From a virus (lineage: Duplodnaviria; Caudoviricetes), in IMG/VR virus record IMGVR_UViG_3300029288_000065, positions 160,001 through 224,000 of that record: DNA of 64,000 nt; one strand, 5' to 3'. Made by a program: the position numbers and the translations under genes. Under the pieces are notes generated by a model. The model saw only the letters and a program-made list of their open reading frames with translations. It searched no databases and had not been told where the DNA came from. Below, in pieces: positions 28,260-38,563 of this stretch (positions are counted from its first letter, which is position 1; every line of letters begins with the position of its first letter).

Positions 28260-28997
28260 TTAGAGGTCAAGGACCCGATGCCCCAACGCGGCGAACTTGG
28301 CAACGACCTGCTGGCTAGCGCCAGCTTCTGCGACAGTAGAATAGACCTCCTGCATGACCGGAGCGACGCTCTGCTCGTTCTCGTCTTCGTCGTCTCCGAG
28401 GTTAAGTTTGCGTGCCCCGATAGCAGCAAACTTAACCGACATTACTTCCTTGACCTTACTGTACAACCGCTTGAGGTAGGCACGTACTGCTTCGACAAAC
28501 TTATGCCCTTCTCCGGAGGCTACGTCTGCTCTACCAAATTTGATCTTTCGTCCTTCTTCTTGTATCTCACCCTCGAGAATCAAGGAATCGGTCTTGTTCA
28601 GCAAGAGCCGAGTAGTTTCCTTGGTCCAACTATTAAGGATTTCTACGTAGACGTACCTGGTGGGATCATAGTTACCAATAAACGTGAGATTATTCCCCAT
28701 CCTGGACACCCATTGAATCCGACCGATCTTGTTCTGGGTACCCAATTCCTGGGCAGTCTTGACTTCCTGCTGAAGCTGTTCAGAGGTGACCAGCTTGTAG
28801 CCCTTTGCTTCCTTTTCAGCTACTTTCTTGTCAATGAATCGGTCGCGGGCGCTTTGGCTTCCGAAGTCTTTGATTTGTTCTTGGCCGGTTTCTCCGACTC
28901 GTCCCCATTGGATTCGGACTTGGTCGCTGCCGATTTCTTCATAACTCCATGACTTGTTGTGATGGTCCTCCTGGCAGACGTAATTGTGTTTTGCCAT
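28260..28997 (-). CDS. WGR domain protein
   Basis: HNKSW...VRIQWGRVGETGQ...K.AKGY. Confidence 0.85.
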   Translation of the reverse strand: MAKHNYVCQEDHHNKSWSYEEIGSDQVRIQWGRVGETGQEQIKDFGSQSARDRFIDKKVAEKEAKGYKLVTSEQLQQEVKTAQELGTQNKIGRIQWVSRMGNNLTFIGNYDPTRYVYVEILNSWTKETTRLLLNKTDSLILEGEIQEEGRKIKFGRADVASGEGHKFVEAVRAYLKRLYSKVKEVMSVKFAAIGARKLNLGDDEDENEQSVAPVMQEVYSTVAEAGASQQVVAKFAALGHRVLDL

Positions 28998-29352
28998 CTT
29001 CCTGTCTCCTTTTTTCGTGTGGACAAATACCATAAATATTCTTGGCACAGTTACAATTCCAACATAATGGTTGGAGATCTTTTGGAAAATTATTCTTAAT
29101 TACCCACCTATAGAAAGCATCTCCTCCAGCTTTTGGTCTTCCTAATTGCTTCCTGTGTTCGGCACCATTGTTGTTTATATGGTCCAGGGTTAAGAAGTCA
29201 ATTCCCTCTCCACAACAAACACATTTTCTTCCATAATGATTAAAAACTATTTCTCTCAATTTAAAAAGATGGAGGAAAGAACATCCAGAAGAGTTTTGTC
29301 TTATTTCTCCAAGACCTTGTTTTCGTCCAACTTCTTCCCATCCTTTACCCAA
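28939..29352 (-). CDS. HNH endonuclease, probably 5'-truncated
   Basis: CVCCGE..FLTLDHINNNG...LCWNCN..CPH; no ATG or RBS for the domain. Confidence 0.7.
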   Translation of the reverse strand: MGKGWEEVGRKQGLGEIRQNSSGCSFLHLFKLREIVFNHYGRKCVCCGEGIDFLTLDHINNNGAEHRKQLGRPKAGGDAFYRWVIKNNFPKDLQPLCWNCNCAKNIYGICPHEKRRQEDGKTQLRLPGGPSQQVMEL

Positions 29353-29552
29353 TAAACCGAATTCTGTCCAGGCAATGATTGCTGACTATACCCCTGCTCC
29401 ATGGCCTTCTCTCTAATCATCCTCTCCCCATGATTATAAGAGATAACTATTGCGGTAATGCATACGCCAATAATAAGAATACCAAACACGACCCAAAATT
29501 CTTGTTGTTTGACGAGAGAGTTCCAAAATCCCTTTTCTTCTTCTTGTGCCAT
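29301..29552 (-). CDS. single-pass membrane protein
   Basis: FWVVFGILIIGVCITAIVI. Confidence 0.65.
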   Translation of the reverse strand: MAQEEEKGFWNSLVKQQEFWVVFGILIIGVCITAIVISYNHGERMIREKAMEQGYSQQSLPGQNSVYWVKDGKKLDENKVLEK

Positions 29553-30025
29553 TACTTCCTCACTTTCTTGGCTTGTTCCATCAGAATCTCTGAAACTTCA
29601 GCGATGTTTCCTACGTTTATTACCTTCCCTTTCATGTCCCAGAAAGTCTTCGTCTCAGGGTCAAATAAAAAAGGCATCCTGGTAATATTGCACTTCCCTT
29701 TCAGAACAATCAACAATAGTCCAGCAATACCAAGAGAAGCATCTGGTGATGCCAATTCCTCCGTTACAATCCTTAGATTGGTTAATCCTACTATATTGTC
29801 GTTGCCGAAGTTCCTTCCCTTCAGTTTTAATGCCGTTCGTTTCTCTAAGAACTTTAGGAAATTGCTTTTGAGACTCACCTCATAAAATGGTGCATCAATA
29901 TCACTTTTGTTTAAGGTAATAACAGAATCGGCTCCGTATCCTAGTTTCTTGAGACTTATACTAACCTTTCCATTCCCCAAGTCCTCATAACAAGACATAT
30001 ATTCTTCAAGGAGCTTCGGTCTCAT
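29552..30025 (-). CDS. ELANP-subtype DP-motif protein
   Basis: VTEELASPDAS. Confidence 0.55.
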   Translation of the reverse strand: MRPKLLEEYMSCYEDLGNGKVSISLKKLGYGADSVITLNKSDIDAPFYEVSLKSNFLKFLEKRTALKLKGRNFGNDNIVGLTNLRIVTEELASPDASLGIAGLLLIVLKGKCNITRMPFLFDPETKTFWDMKGKVINVGNIAEVSEILMEQAKKVRK

Positions 30026-30698
30026 CTTCCCTCTCCAATCCCAAGTATTGTAGACCGAATGGATGTTTCATTATACCATTGTCTACGCAACCGTTGGGGT
30101 CAGGAAGGATAACTCTCAGGATTGGGCGGTCGGTCTCAGTGAAACCAGCTTTGAATGTGATTGGATATTCACCAAGTAACGAGTAGTCACGTTCACCTGG
30201 CAGAAAAACTTTTCCATTCTTGATTTGGTTTGTGAGATTATGGAGAATCTCATTTGCCATCTTATTTGGTAGTGGAACTACGATTTGGAGATCAAGATGA
30301 TTCCATTTCTCCTTGATACCATGAGTATGGATATTTACCATTTGATGTTTATAACCTTCGCCTACATAATGGGCAAACCATCCAAACTTTTCAATACATT
30401 CTTTTTCCCATCTATCTTGTTCTTCATTTCCATACTTGCAGCGTGCACATTCACATTCCTCTTTTTCACACCCACATTCTTCTTCAGGTGCTTCTTCCAG
30501 GACAATTTTGCTGTTGACTTTTACAGCAATGTCGCCCATTGTCTTGGCTACCAAGATTTTATTCCCGTTTGGCATGACTACCATAACGGGGGAAGTATCA
30601 ATTGTTTCTTCTGTAACTGGAGCTGCCAATCTTTTGAATTCGTTGATTTCGTCCAGTGTGAATCCTGTTTTCCTTAGGTTTTTAATGTTTACCTTCAA
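30006..30698 (-). CDS. protein with DUF4262-like C-terminal domain
   Basis: IEKFGWFAHYV...NIHTHGI...HLDLQI. Confidence 0.5.
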   Translation of the reverse strand: MKVNIKNLRKTGFTLDEINEFKRLAAPVTEETIDTSPVMVVMPNGNKILVAKTMGDIAVKVNSKIVLEEAPEEECGCEKEECECARCKYGNEEQDRWEKECIEKFGWFAHYVGEGYKHQMVNIHTHGIKEKWNHLDLQIVVPLPNKMANEILHNLTNQIKNGKVFLPGERDYSLLGEYPITFKAGFTETDRPILRVILPDPNGCVDNGIMKHPFGLQYLGLEREDETEAP

Positions 30699-31341
30699 GC
30701 TTTGTCCCTTTCTTCTTTTGTTTTTGAAGGGTCTTTCTAAGTGCCATGATATCCTTAAACCACCGTTTACTTCCGCCGTGAGACAATATCCATTTTGAAT
30801 CTTCGTCGAAATTAATATCCCCTAGTGATGTATCACTTACCATGTTTTGGAATGCGGAAATAACTCCCAAATTTTGTATTTGTTCCAATATCCAGTCACA
30901 GACTATTAAATCAACTTTTGGGTCTGCCAAATAGAATGATATTTCTTTTAATTCATGACTTTCGCCTTGTCCATCCTCTGCTTCTCCAGAAAAGGTTATA
31001 CATCCGTTTTTGAAACAGACGTCGAACTTTATATCTGTACCATCTTTACTGTTATATTCTACACCCCACCAATTTTCGTCTCGATCGTCATCAAATCCAA
31101 AATCAACTTTTCTCAGTGGAGATAATAGATACTCAAGGATCTTTCTTTGTTGCCCTCTTACTTTCTCCCGTTCTTCTTCTTGTTTCCTTTTAGCGTCTTC
31201 TTTACATTTCGGACATACCTGTATATGGTGTCCGTCTTGCGTGACTCTCTGATATCCGCATTTTGTGCATTTGAAATATCGTAGTGATAATTCTCCGTGT
31301 TTTTTTAGTAATTCGATTGCTTGTGTGATTGGGTCGACCAT
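30682..31341 (-). CDS. Zn-ribbon + DP-motif protein
   Basis: CTKC...CPKC; SFYLADPKVD. Confidence 0.6.
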   Translation of the reverse strand: MVDPITQAIELLKKHGELSLRYFKCTKCGYQRVTQDGHHIQVCPKCKEDAKRKQEEEREKVRGQQRKILEYLLSPLRKVDFGFDDDRDENWWGVEYNSKDGTDIKFDVCFKNGCITFSGEAEDGQGESHELKEISFYLADPKVDLIVCDWILEQIQNLGVISAFQNMVSDTSLGDINFDEDSKWILSHGGSKRWFKDIMALRKTLQKQKKKGTKLEGKH

Positions 31342-31349
31342 TTTCCCTC

Positions 31350-31799
31350 CTAGCGGTACTTATCCCTGAGTTCCTGCAGCTCAAGAATGGCCTTGTCTAA
31401 CTGGGATATAACATATTCCTTGGCGATACCATCTATTCTTGGATGGATAGACTTTACATCAAATAATACTCCGTTCGCTGAAATGGTCCCACCAGAATGT
31501 CCAGCTGATCCGGCACCACAAGTGGTAACTGTTGTAACTCCGGAAGTGGTGGTGACTCCTCCAGGCAGGTGTTGTGTATATTTCTTCTTGTGACTCTTCT
31601 CTGAATCGAGGAACATATATGAGATTCCATTTAGGTTAGAGCCGAAGCCTGTGTTTTTGAGATCGAATCTTGGCCAATATCTCTTTTGATGACCATTGGC
31701 ATTTCGTGGTCCATGGTACTTGGCTGCGACTTGGTAAGTCTCGCCCTTGTAGATGACCTTGTCACCAACGGTGATGTGGCTGGCTTGATTTCTCTTCAT
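31350..31799 (-). CDS. SH3/KOW-like hypothetical protein
   Basis: ITVGDKVIYKGETYQV; AAGGAG RBS. Confidence 0.55.
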   Translation of the reverse strand: MKRNQASHITVGDKVIYKGETYQVAAKYHGPRNANGHQKRYWPRFDLKNTGFGSNLNGISYMFLDSEKSHKKKYTQHLPGGVTTTSGVTTVTTCGAGSAGHSGGTISANGVLFDVKSIHPRIDGIAKEYVISQLDKAILELQELRDKYR

Positions 31800-31840
31800 T
31801 CTAGTCTCCTTTTCAGGGGTAATACCACCGTTGGGTTTGA

Positions 31841-32395
31841 TTAGCAATTAAATGCGTTGATGAAGAAATCCTGATTTGATGCGGTAAATAGTTTACCTCT
31901 ACTAGTATAAAATTTTCCATCTTTTAGGGTTAGATGGCATTTCCTCCTTGACATTGTTATAGTTCCATATGGTGTTTGGGATGTCATATATCTTGTCATG
32001 AATACCAATTCTGGATTAGTCTTGGGATTGGCCAGATCTTCATTCTCTTTTACTGATAATCTCATTTTCATTTCAAGAATGAAATTGGTACCATTTGGCA
32101 CCTTTAGAGTCTGGAGGATTTTGTGTTGTTTTCGTTTGAGTGTCACTATAATTCCATTTTTGATCTTTTGAATCTTTGCATTATATTTCCTTTGGTAATC
32201 CGGACCGGTTGTAGATCCCTTAAATCCTGATTCGAATACCCATCTCTCTTTTTCTTGAAGTCCTTTTACATTATGAGGAGTTATGATTTTACATCTATAA
32301 ATATCTCTTCCTCTTGGTGCTATTTTACTTACAACTGTATTGATACACATTTCAGAATAATCAATCGTAAACACAGCATCAAATTTTTCTTCCAT
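31841..32395 (-). CDS. ELANP-subtype protein, paralog of 51424-52086
   Basis: EDLANPKTNP..FM.R.MT...KDGK.Y...FTA.N..FF. Confidence 0.65.
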   Translation of the reverse strand: MEEKFDAVFTIDYSEMCINTVVSKIAPRGRDIYRCKIITPHNVKGLQEKERWVFESGFKGSTTGPDYQRKYNAKIQKIKNGIIVTLKRKQHKILQTLKVPNGTNFILEMKMRLSVKENEDLANPKTNPELVFMTRYMTSQTPYGTITMSRRKCHLTLKDGKFYTSRGKLFTASNQDFFINAFNC

Positions 32396-32405
32396 TTTTA
32401 AACTC

Positions 32406-32684
32406 CTACAACCAGGTTTCTACTATGCGTGGGTCATCTCCTTCCTGACGTGGTATACAGGTGAGACCATATGGTTCTAGGAAAGCGCGTACTTCTGCGA
32501 GTGTTTTACCAGTTAGGCACAGAGTCATTGGTCTTGCGGTACCATTACCAATTATGAATGGTCTTGCTACGAATAATTCTGGGAAATCGCTTGGTTTCTC
32601 ATAGACTGTCCAAATCAGCATCCGAGGGGCAGCGGGATCTCCCGCTGCCCCTCCATCTTTGCTACTAGCTGGCTGCAGCGCCAT
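32406..32684 (-). CDS. hypothetical phage protein
   Basis: WTVYEKPSDFPE.FVAR...DDPRIVETWL. Confidence 0.6.
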   Translation of the reverse strand: MALQPASSKDGGAAGDPAAPRMLIWTVYEKPSDFPELFVARPFIIGNGTARPMTLCLTGKTLAEVRAFLEPYGLTCIPRQEGDDPRIVETWL

Positions 32685-33642
32685 CCTTCTTTTCCTCTTC
32701 CTTTACCTGGACAGATTCATCGTCGCCCAGATCGATGTGCCGCACGCCGAGAATCTTTTTCTCCATATCAGCCAACGACGTCTGATAGGAGCTGATGTCG
32801 GCAACGACGCCACCAGCATGGAATCCTTCAAGACGATTCAGCAACTTCTTGAGGCGGTTTACCCGCGTGGACGACCACACCTTCGTCACTTCCTTATCGT
32901 CCTTCAGGACAGCCTCAAGGTCCTTTTCCAACTGGCCGAACTCGTCGTTGAAGTCCTCAACGAGGGCATTCTTCAGGATCTGTTTGCTCGCTTCGACTGC
33001 CGGGATGGGCGCGAAGTCCAACCGCGAACCACCACCGAAATCAGCAATCAATGCCGCTACGTTGTCCAGGACAGACTTGTAACCAGCCGGGACAAAGTAG
33101 ACTGATCCTTGTGTTCGGAGGGAGATGATATCAGCAGAGTCACGGAAGATCTTCTGGACGTATCGGGTAACGTCAGAGGACTTGTAGGTCTGCTTGTGTT
33201 GGTCAAAGAGCTTGACAATGGCATCCTTGATTGCAGGCTTGCCCTTGATGATTGACTTGGCGAAATCACCGTTGTTCCGGTATTCCACCTTATCAATGAC
33301 GATCAGGGTTTCCTTGTCATATTCCAGTGCCTTGTCACCACCGACTTCCTTGATGACTTTCTCGGAAGTGAATTGGTAGGTGAGCCGGAAGTCGTCTTCT
33401 TCGACCTTCCGGATGATTCGGTTTGCTTCCATTTCGCGGAGGGCGCGAATGAAGGCAGATCGGTAATTATGCTCCCTGGCGTATTTCTTGTTGATGCCGT
33501 GGTCTTCCAGGAGTTTTTCGAATTGGGCTTTGGTCATGTGGACGTTATTGACATTCCACCAGACCATGAAGCCATAGATTGTAAAGTTTTGGGTTCCTTG
33601 CTGGAGGGTGTCCAGCAACATACTCTTTGCTGCGTTTGACAT
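32665..33642 (-). CDS. DUF6744/DUF3150-like protein
   Basis: G..VWW at N-terminus, LR..GSVYFVP; AAGGAG RBS. Confidence 0.5.
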   Translation of the reverse strand: MSNAAKSMLLDTLQQGTQNFTIYGFMVWWNVNNVHMTKAQFEKLLEDHGINKKYAREHNYRSAFIRALREMEANRIIRKVEEDDFRLTYQFTSEKVIKEVGGDKALEYDKETLIVIDKVEYRNNGDFAKSIIKGKPAIKDAIVKLFDQHKQTYKSSDVTRYVQKIFRDSADIISLRTQGSVYFVPAGYKSVLDNVAALIADFGGGSRLDFAPIPAVEASKQILKNALVEDFNDEFGQLEKDLEAVLKDDKEVTKVWSSTRVNRLKKLLNRLEGFHAGGVVADISSYQTSLADMEKKILGVRHIDLGDDESVQVKEEEKKDGAAAS

Positions 33643-33708
33643 TTCTGTCTCCTTTTCTTGAAAACATTTTGTATCATTCAATTTTATAGAAACAATTTTC
33701 TCTCGCTG

Positions 33709-34395
33709 TTACTTCCTCCTTTCTTTGTTCCCGAGTAGGATAGGTATAGCATTTTGGAAATTATATATGATATCAAACATATCCTTTTCGAAATTGGGGC
33801 TAGCCATCTCGATCTGGCATACATCCTCCAAATGGACATAAGAACTCCTACCACCACCAGAAGTATACTGAACCTCGACCTTGACGAAAGTCGAATTATC
33901 AATTGGAGAGAATTTCAATTCAAACCAATTACATTCAATCAAGAAACCACCAGAATGCCGCCTGAAGCCCATTTTATGCTGATCGAAAATATTCCGGAGA
34001 ACATCAATTGGTGTCTTGATCGTTTTCCGGCGCTTTTCTCTTTCTGCTTCCAATTCTTCGTTTTTGAGTTTACATAATTGCCTATACTTTCCAATCGTGA
34101 TCAATTTTGGTGTTACCAGGAGAGTACTATTTGATGCCCAAAAATAATAATATATTCCTTTTACTTTGAAGAATCTGTTGTGCCATTTGTCACCAATAAA
34201 TCCTTCATCATATTCATTGTGGGATCTACTATAGTAGCCGTCATTTTTGCATCGTTTGATTTCTACTTCTTTAACTCCAGCATAGAAAGTTTGGGCTTCT
34301 GGCATAAGTTCCCAACTTTCATTTCGTCTGCCTTCGAACTTTAGTTCTAAGATAGTAGTTATTCCTAATTCTTTCATCAAGGCGGCGGTTGTCAT
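33709..34395 (-). CDS. DP-motif family protein
   Basis: QIEMASPNFEK. Confidence 0.55.
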   Translation of the reverse strand: MTTAALMKELGITTILELKFEGRRNESWELMPEAQTFYAGVKEVEIKRCKNDGYYSRSHNEYDEGFIGDKWHNRFFKVKGIYYYFWASNSTLLVTPKLITIGKYRQLCKLKNEELEAEREKRRKTIKTPIDVLRNIFDQHKMGFRRHSGGFLIECNWFELKFSPIDNSTFVKVEVQYTSGGGRSSYVHLEDVCQIEMASPNFEKDMFDIIYNFQNAIPILLGNKERRK

Positions 34396-34703
34396 GTTAG
34401 TATCTCCCAGACCGTCCATTGTTTAGATTCTTCGTTGTAAAACGACTTTTTGATAAATTTGGATTTCTCAAAGATTTTTAATATTTGTTCACAGATTATT
34501 AGATCTTCTCCACCTACTTTTACTCTAAACTTAAAACTATAAAACCAGAGATAGAATTCTGCTAAGTTAAACTTCTTTTCACCATATTCTTTATTGGTAC
34601 CCAATGATCGTAATTTCTTAACATGATTCTTCAACGTTTGGAATAATTTCTCTGGATCCCAGTTGGGATTTGCAAAATCACAAATATCAAAATCATCTAT
34701 CAT
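34392..34703 (-). CDS. DP-motif / winged-helix-like protein
   Basis: CDFANPNWDPEKLF...ILKIFEKSKFIK. Confidence 0.6.
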   Translation of the reverse strand: MIDDFDICDFANPNWDPEKLFQTLKNHVKKLRSLGTNKEYGEKKFNLAEFYLWFYSFKFRVKVGGEDLIICEQILKIFEKSKFIKKSFYNEESKQWTVWEILT

Positions 34704-34920
34704 TTTTTACCTCATTTAGTAACCAGGCATTCTTTTGTTCGATACCCTTAAAAAGGGGTAAAACCGTACCAATGATATAGGAAACCGCCTCTTTCCACCC
34801 AAGAATATAAAAAGGTAAGACGATAATCGCCGATGCGAGTGTAATGGTCCAAAAGAGAAGAAATAAAAGTAATGCACAAATGACACAGAAAATGCAATAT
34901 AAAGAATTTATAATATTCAT
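34693..34920 (-). CDS. membrane protein
   Basis: long hydrophobic stretch. Confidence 0.55.
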   Translation of the reverse strand: MNIINSLYCIFCVICALLLFLLFWTITLASAIIVLPFYILGWKEAVSYIIGTVLPLFKGIEQKNAWLLNEVKNDR

Positions 34921-35207
34921 TATAGTTTCCTGTAGATAAGAGTATTCCCGATGACATATTCCAATTCTTTAACGGTATCAGAACCATAACCGTAGCCAGT
35001 ACCCCTCCGGTGGATACCCTTGTCCTCCACGTAAGTTGCCTCAATAGCAGTTGCTGCCAGCATTGTGATCTCATCAATCTGGTTTTTACTTACGTAGAAC
35101 AATCTCACATAAGCACCAGATTTGTTAAATTGGACCAAATAATATACTTCACTGTGTGGTGGGAGCCACTCTTTGAGGATTTTTCGTGCTTCCTCTTTTG
35201 TCTTCAT
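34920..35207 (-). CDS. hypothetical protein
   Basis: AAGGAG RBS. Confidence 0.6.
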   Translation of the reverse strand: MKTKEEARKILKEWLPPHSEVYYLVQFNKSGAYVRLFYVSKNQIDEITMLAATAIEATYVEDKGIHRRGTGYGYGSDTVKELEYVIGNTLIYRKL

Positions 35208-35215
35208 GCGTCTCC

Positions 35216-36766
35216 TTAGAGTGACATCTGTCGACCAAATGACCGAGTGTCAACAGGAGCCTTGTCATCCCCTTCCAGGCGGCTTGCAGGGACGGCATTC
35301 TTCGCTGCCCAATTGGCCATATTGTTCAGTTGAGCAGTTGCCGACTTACTGAGAGGATTGGTACCATTAATACCACACAAAATGAAGTCAGTCGTCAGAT
35401 CCTTATCAGCAGCAAACGCCTTATACAGGGCAGTGACAACCGATTCTTCCAATTCAGCACCAGAGAAACCTTCGCTCTTCTTGCTCAACTCCTTGTAGTT
35501 GATCTTGGAAATCAGAGCTTCCCGTTTGAACTTCCTGGTGTGGATCTTCAGAATTTCTTCCCGTTCCTTATCCGAGGGGAGGCCGACGAAGAAGATCTCG
35601 TCGAACCGGCCTTTTCGGAGCAATTCGGGCATTGTATCCAGGATCGATTCGATCCTGTTGACGGTTGCCACGACGAAGGAAGGACTCTTCTTGTCTTGCA
35701 TCCAGGTCAGGAAGGACCCGATTACGCGTTGAGTGGTGCCACCATCCGTGGACCCGCTCCCACCCATCCCGGAGAATGCCTTCTCCATTTCATCGACCCA
35801 CACGACACAGTTCCCGATTGCGTCGATTGTGGAGAGGGCCAGTCGCATATTCTGTTCTGATGCACCGACAAGGCCAGCGAAGATTCGTCCAATATCCAAC
35901 CGAATGAGGGGAATCCCCATGATGTTGGATGCCACCTTGGCAGACAGGGACTTTCCGCAACCAGGGAGACCAGCCAACACGATTCCTCGTGGCTTCGGCA
36001 ATCCAAATTCTCGTGCTTTCTTGGTGAAGGCCTGTTTGCGCTCTGTGAAGAATGTCTTGACATTCTCCAAGCCACCGATATCTCCGACATTCTCGGTTGC
36101 TTCGTAATACTCCAGGATGCCGCTCTTCTTGACGACCTGAGCCTTCTCTCGCATTACCAACTTTGCAATTGACGGCTTTGGCTCTGGCATATCTTTCCTG
36201 CTGACCAGAGCTTTGGCGAAGGCATTTTCAGCTTCGATGGTGGTCAGACCCATTGCAGCTTGAATGATTTCGTCGTGCTCTTCCTGCGTGAGATTTCCGA
36301 TTTTCTTCTTGTAGCCATCATAGATCAGCTTCCAGACTTTCTCGATTTCTTCCTTGGTGGGGAGTTCGAATTCGATCACGGTTACGTCGTGTTCGATGTC
36401 CGGAGACACCTTGTTGATTGGGGACACCATGATTAGGGTCTTGGCGTTCTGCTTGAAGTCCATTGCGATGTCTCGGAGGAGTCGGAGGACTCGCGGGACG
36501 TCGAAGTATTTGTGCAGATCGCGGAATACCCAAATCGATGATTCTTTGCTGTTCTTGATGCTTTGGAGGGCTTCGATCGGGTCTTCAGTCGCTTCGTGAT
36601 ATTTGTTGTCAGGCGAGAAGAATCCGTCTGTGTGGGACCAGATGATGAGTGGTCGCTTGAGCGCTTGGGCTACGCCGAGAATGTTGAGTTCTGCGCGGCC
36701 TTCTTCGGGGGTGACGAGGTAGAGGACGGGGTAACCGGCGGACACGTAGTGATTGAGTTCTTGCAT
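35216..36766 (-). CDS. Ycf46-like AAA+ ATPase
   Basis: YPVLYL.T.EE.R, DLH, IGGLENVK, GLPGCGKS, VDEMEK, ATVN, PELLRKGRFDEIFFV. Confidence 0.9.
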   Translation of the reverse strand: MQELNHYVSAGYPVLYLVTPEEGRAELNILGVAQALKRPLIIWSHTDGFFSPDNKYHEATEDPIEALQSIKNSKESSIWVFRDLHKYFDVPRVLRLLRDIAMDFKQNAKTLIMVSPINKVSPDIEHDVTVIEFELPTKEEIEKVWKLIYDGYKKKIGNLTQEEHDEIIQAAMGLTTIEAENAFAKALVSRKDMPEPKPSIAKLVMREKAQVVKKSGILEYYEATENVGDIGGLENVKTFFTERKQAFTKKAREFGLPKPRGIVLAGLPGCGKSLSAKVASNIMGIPLIRLDIGRIFAGLVGASEQNMRLALSTIDAIGNCVVWVDEMEKAFSGMGGSGSTDGGTTQRVIGSFLTWMQDKKSPSFVVATVNRIESILDTMPELLRKGRFDEIFFVGLPSDKEREEILKIHTRKFKREALISKINYKELSKKSEGFSGAELEESVVTALYKAFAADKDLTTDFILCGINGTNPLSKSATAQLNNMANWAAKNAVPASRLEGDDKAPVDTRSFGRQMSL

Positions 36767-36802
36767 TGTTCGCTCCTTGTGAGTGTTTCTTCTATCGCGG
36801 TT

Positions 36803-37138
36803 TTAAAGAGGAATAATTCCATTCGACTTGCGACGTTCTTGCATCTTGCGTAATCCTTCTATATGTCTTGCCCGAAATTCATTGACCTGGAATAAATCGT
36901 TTATAACCGCATCCACTACTTTCTCTACACTAAAATCATTGGGGTCTCTAATATCAAAATCTATAGTATTATAACATCCACAACGACATACCGAAAAAGT
37001 TGGTGGGTCTATATTCAATTGCCATTCTTCATCCATAAATCCTATAATTATATCACATCCTTCAGTATCACCGAGATCAAATCCATATTTCAATAGTTCC
37101 TTGACACATGCTTTTAAAATCTTTTTGGAGTCGCTCAC
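36803..37138 (-). CDS. DP-motif family protein
   Basis: DFDIRDPNDF. Confidence 0.6.
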   Translation of the reverse strand: MSDSKKILKACVKELLKYGFDLGDTEGCDIIIGFMDEEWQLNIDPPTFSVCRCGCYNTIDFDIRDPNDFSVEKVVDAVINDLFQVNEFRARHIEGLRKMQERRKSNGIIPL

Positions 37139-37371
37139 ATGCTGAGATGAGGATCTTCCTCATCTTGTCTCCGAATAGTAATTTTTCTACCCCAGACGTT
37201 ATCAAATAGTTCAGGTTCTTTTGATTTTTCCAACATTCTTAGAACTACCTGAAGTTGTTCAACCCCTCCCATTTTTTCAGCGAATTCCTGCACTGCTTGA
37301 ATATATTCCTTTGATTTTGGGTCACGAACTTTGGTGTGTACTCTGACTAAACTTATTGGTAATTTGGTCAT
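37135..37371 (-). CDS. hypothetical protein
   Basis: tiling. Confidence 0.55.
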   Translation of the reverse strand: MTKLPISLVRVHTKVRDPKSKEYIQAVQEFAEKMGGVEQLQVVLRMLEKSKEPELFDNVWGRKITIRRQDEEDPHLSM

Positions 37372-37625
37372 TTGATTTTCCTTTTCTTCCCATTTGGCAT
37401 GATCACAAATAAATGGTCGTATCTGTCTTTTACGTCTTCAGCAAGTTCGTTGATTTCTATCAATGATTCCCTTTCATCAATAGGAATGACGTTGTTGTTT
37501 ACGTCGTCCATACCTATCAACTTATAAGTACCGTCCGATACTCTCCCTCCTCGTTTTTCTAGCGCGTCGGCTATTCTCCTTAGTAGGGCGTTGTTTTCTT
37601 CCAACAATTTTATGACTTTGTCCAT
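37368..37625 (-). CDS. hypothetical protein
   Basis: tiling. Confidence 0.55.
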   Translation of the reverse strand: MDKVIKLLEENNALLRRIADALEKRGGRVSDGTYKLIGMDDVNNNVIPIDERESLIEINELAEDVKDRYDHLFVIMPNGKKRKIK

Positions 37626-37631
37626 GTGTTC

Positions 37632-37985
37632 CTATCCCTTCATTGCCGATGCAATCGTTTCTGCTATTTGTTTGAATACTTTGGGATCACCTAGGTAGAA
37701 CGTTATTTCAATTTTCTTACCAAATTCTCTTGTGAATATTTCATCGACCGTTTCTGCTGGCTCACGATCTCTAAATGGAAATTGTTTCTTTTCTCTATAA
37801 TCAAGAATTATTTGATCTTTTCTGAATGATAGGAAGAATGCTATTCCGTCCATATAGAATGCGGCGCTGGTGTCGCCAATATTAGCGGCATAATCTTCGA
37901 TATCCAATTCCCTCATTGATTTACGAATTTCTGCTATTAGTTTATCCCAAATTCTTTGAATAGACATTAATTCGTCGTAGTTCAT
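37632..37985 (-). CDS. DP-motif family protein
   Basis: TFYLGDPKVFKQI. Confidence 0.6.
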   Translation of the reverse strand: MNYDELMSIQRIWDKLIAEIRKSMRELDIEDYAANIGDTSAAFYMDGIAFFLSFRKDQIILDYREKKQFPFRDREPAETVDEIFTREFGKKIEITFYLGDPKVFKQIAETIASAMKG

Positions 37986-38386
37986 GATTTTCCTTCTAGA
38001 ATCTTTTGGTATCCTTCGATAAAGACTTGGGATTCATTTATAATATTCTGAAGATTCTTATTTCTATCTTCTAACATAGTCTTAAACATGCGAATAATTG
38101 ATTTAACGACTTTTTCGAAGAATTGTGGTTCTGCCATATCGAAAAATTCCTCGTATAATGCTTGTGTTTCATTTCGGATATAGACGCAAGCATTGCCACT
38201 ATTAAATGTTAATATAACTTCATAATGTTTGTCAAGTATGGAGGATGGTGTAAGCCTTACGTTGGAAACTACAGTCTCACCAACGTTTACTTCTTTAACA
38301 AAGAAACCGGACGTTTTCATACTAAGTTGATTAATTATTTCATCTACACACAAAATTTCAAAGTCGTTTTTTGTGTCAATTGACAT
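37982..38386 (-). CDS. DP-motif family protein
   Basis: FFDMAEPQFFEKV. Confidence 0.6.
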   Translation of the reverse strand: MSIDTKNDFEILCVDEIINQLSMKTSGFFVKEVNVGETVVSNVRLTPSSILDKHYEVILTFNSGNACVYIRNETQALYEEFFDMAEPQFFEKVVKSIIRMFKTMLEDRNKNLQNIINESQVFIEGYQKILEGKS

Positions 38387-38563
38387 GGTATTTCCTTCCA
38401 GGTACCCCTATTGTATCATCTTAAGAATACCTGGAAATGGGGCGTAACAATCCCACGCCCCAAAAGGGAAGCTGATCAAAGGACGGAGGTTGGTCCTTCT
38501 CAACTTGCGGCTGATTTGGGCAGAAACAAGGGGTATTAAGTAAGACACCCTTATCGAGACGCC

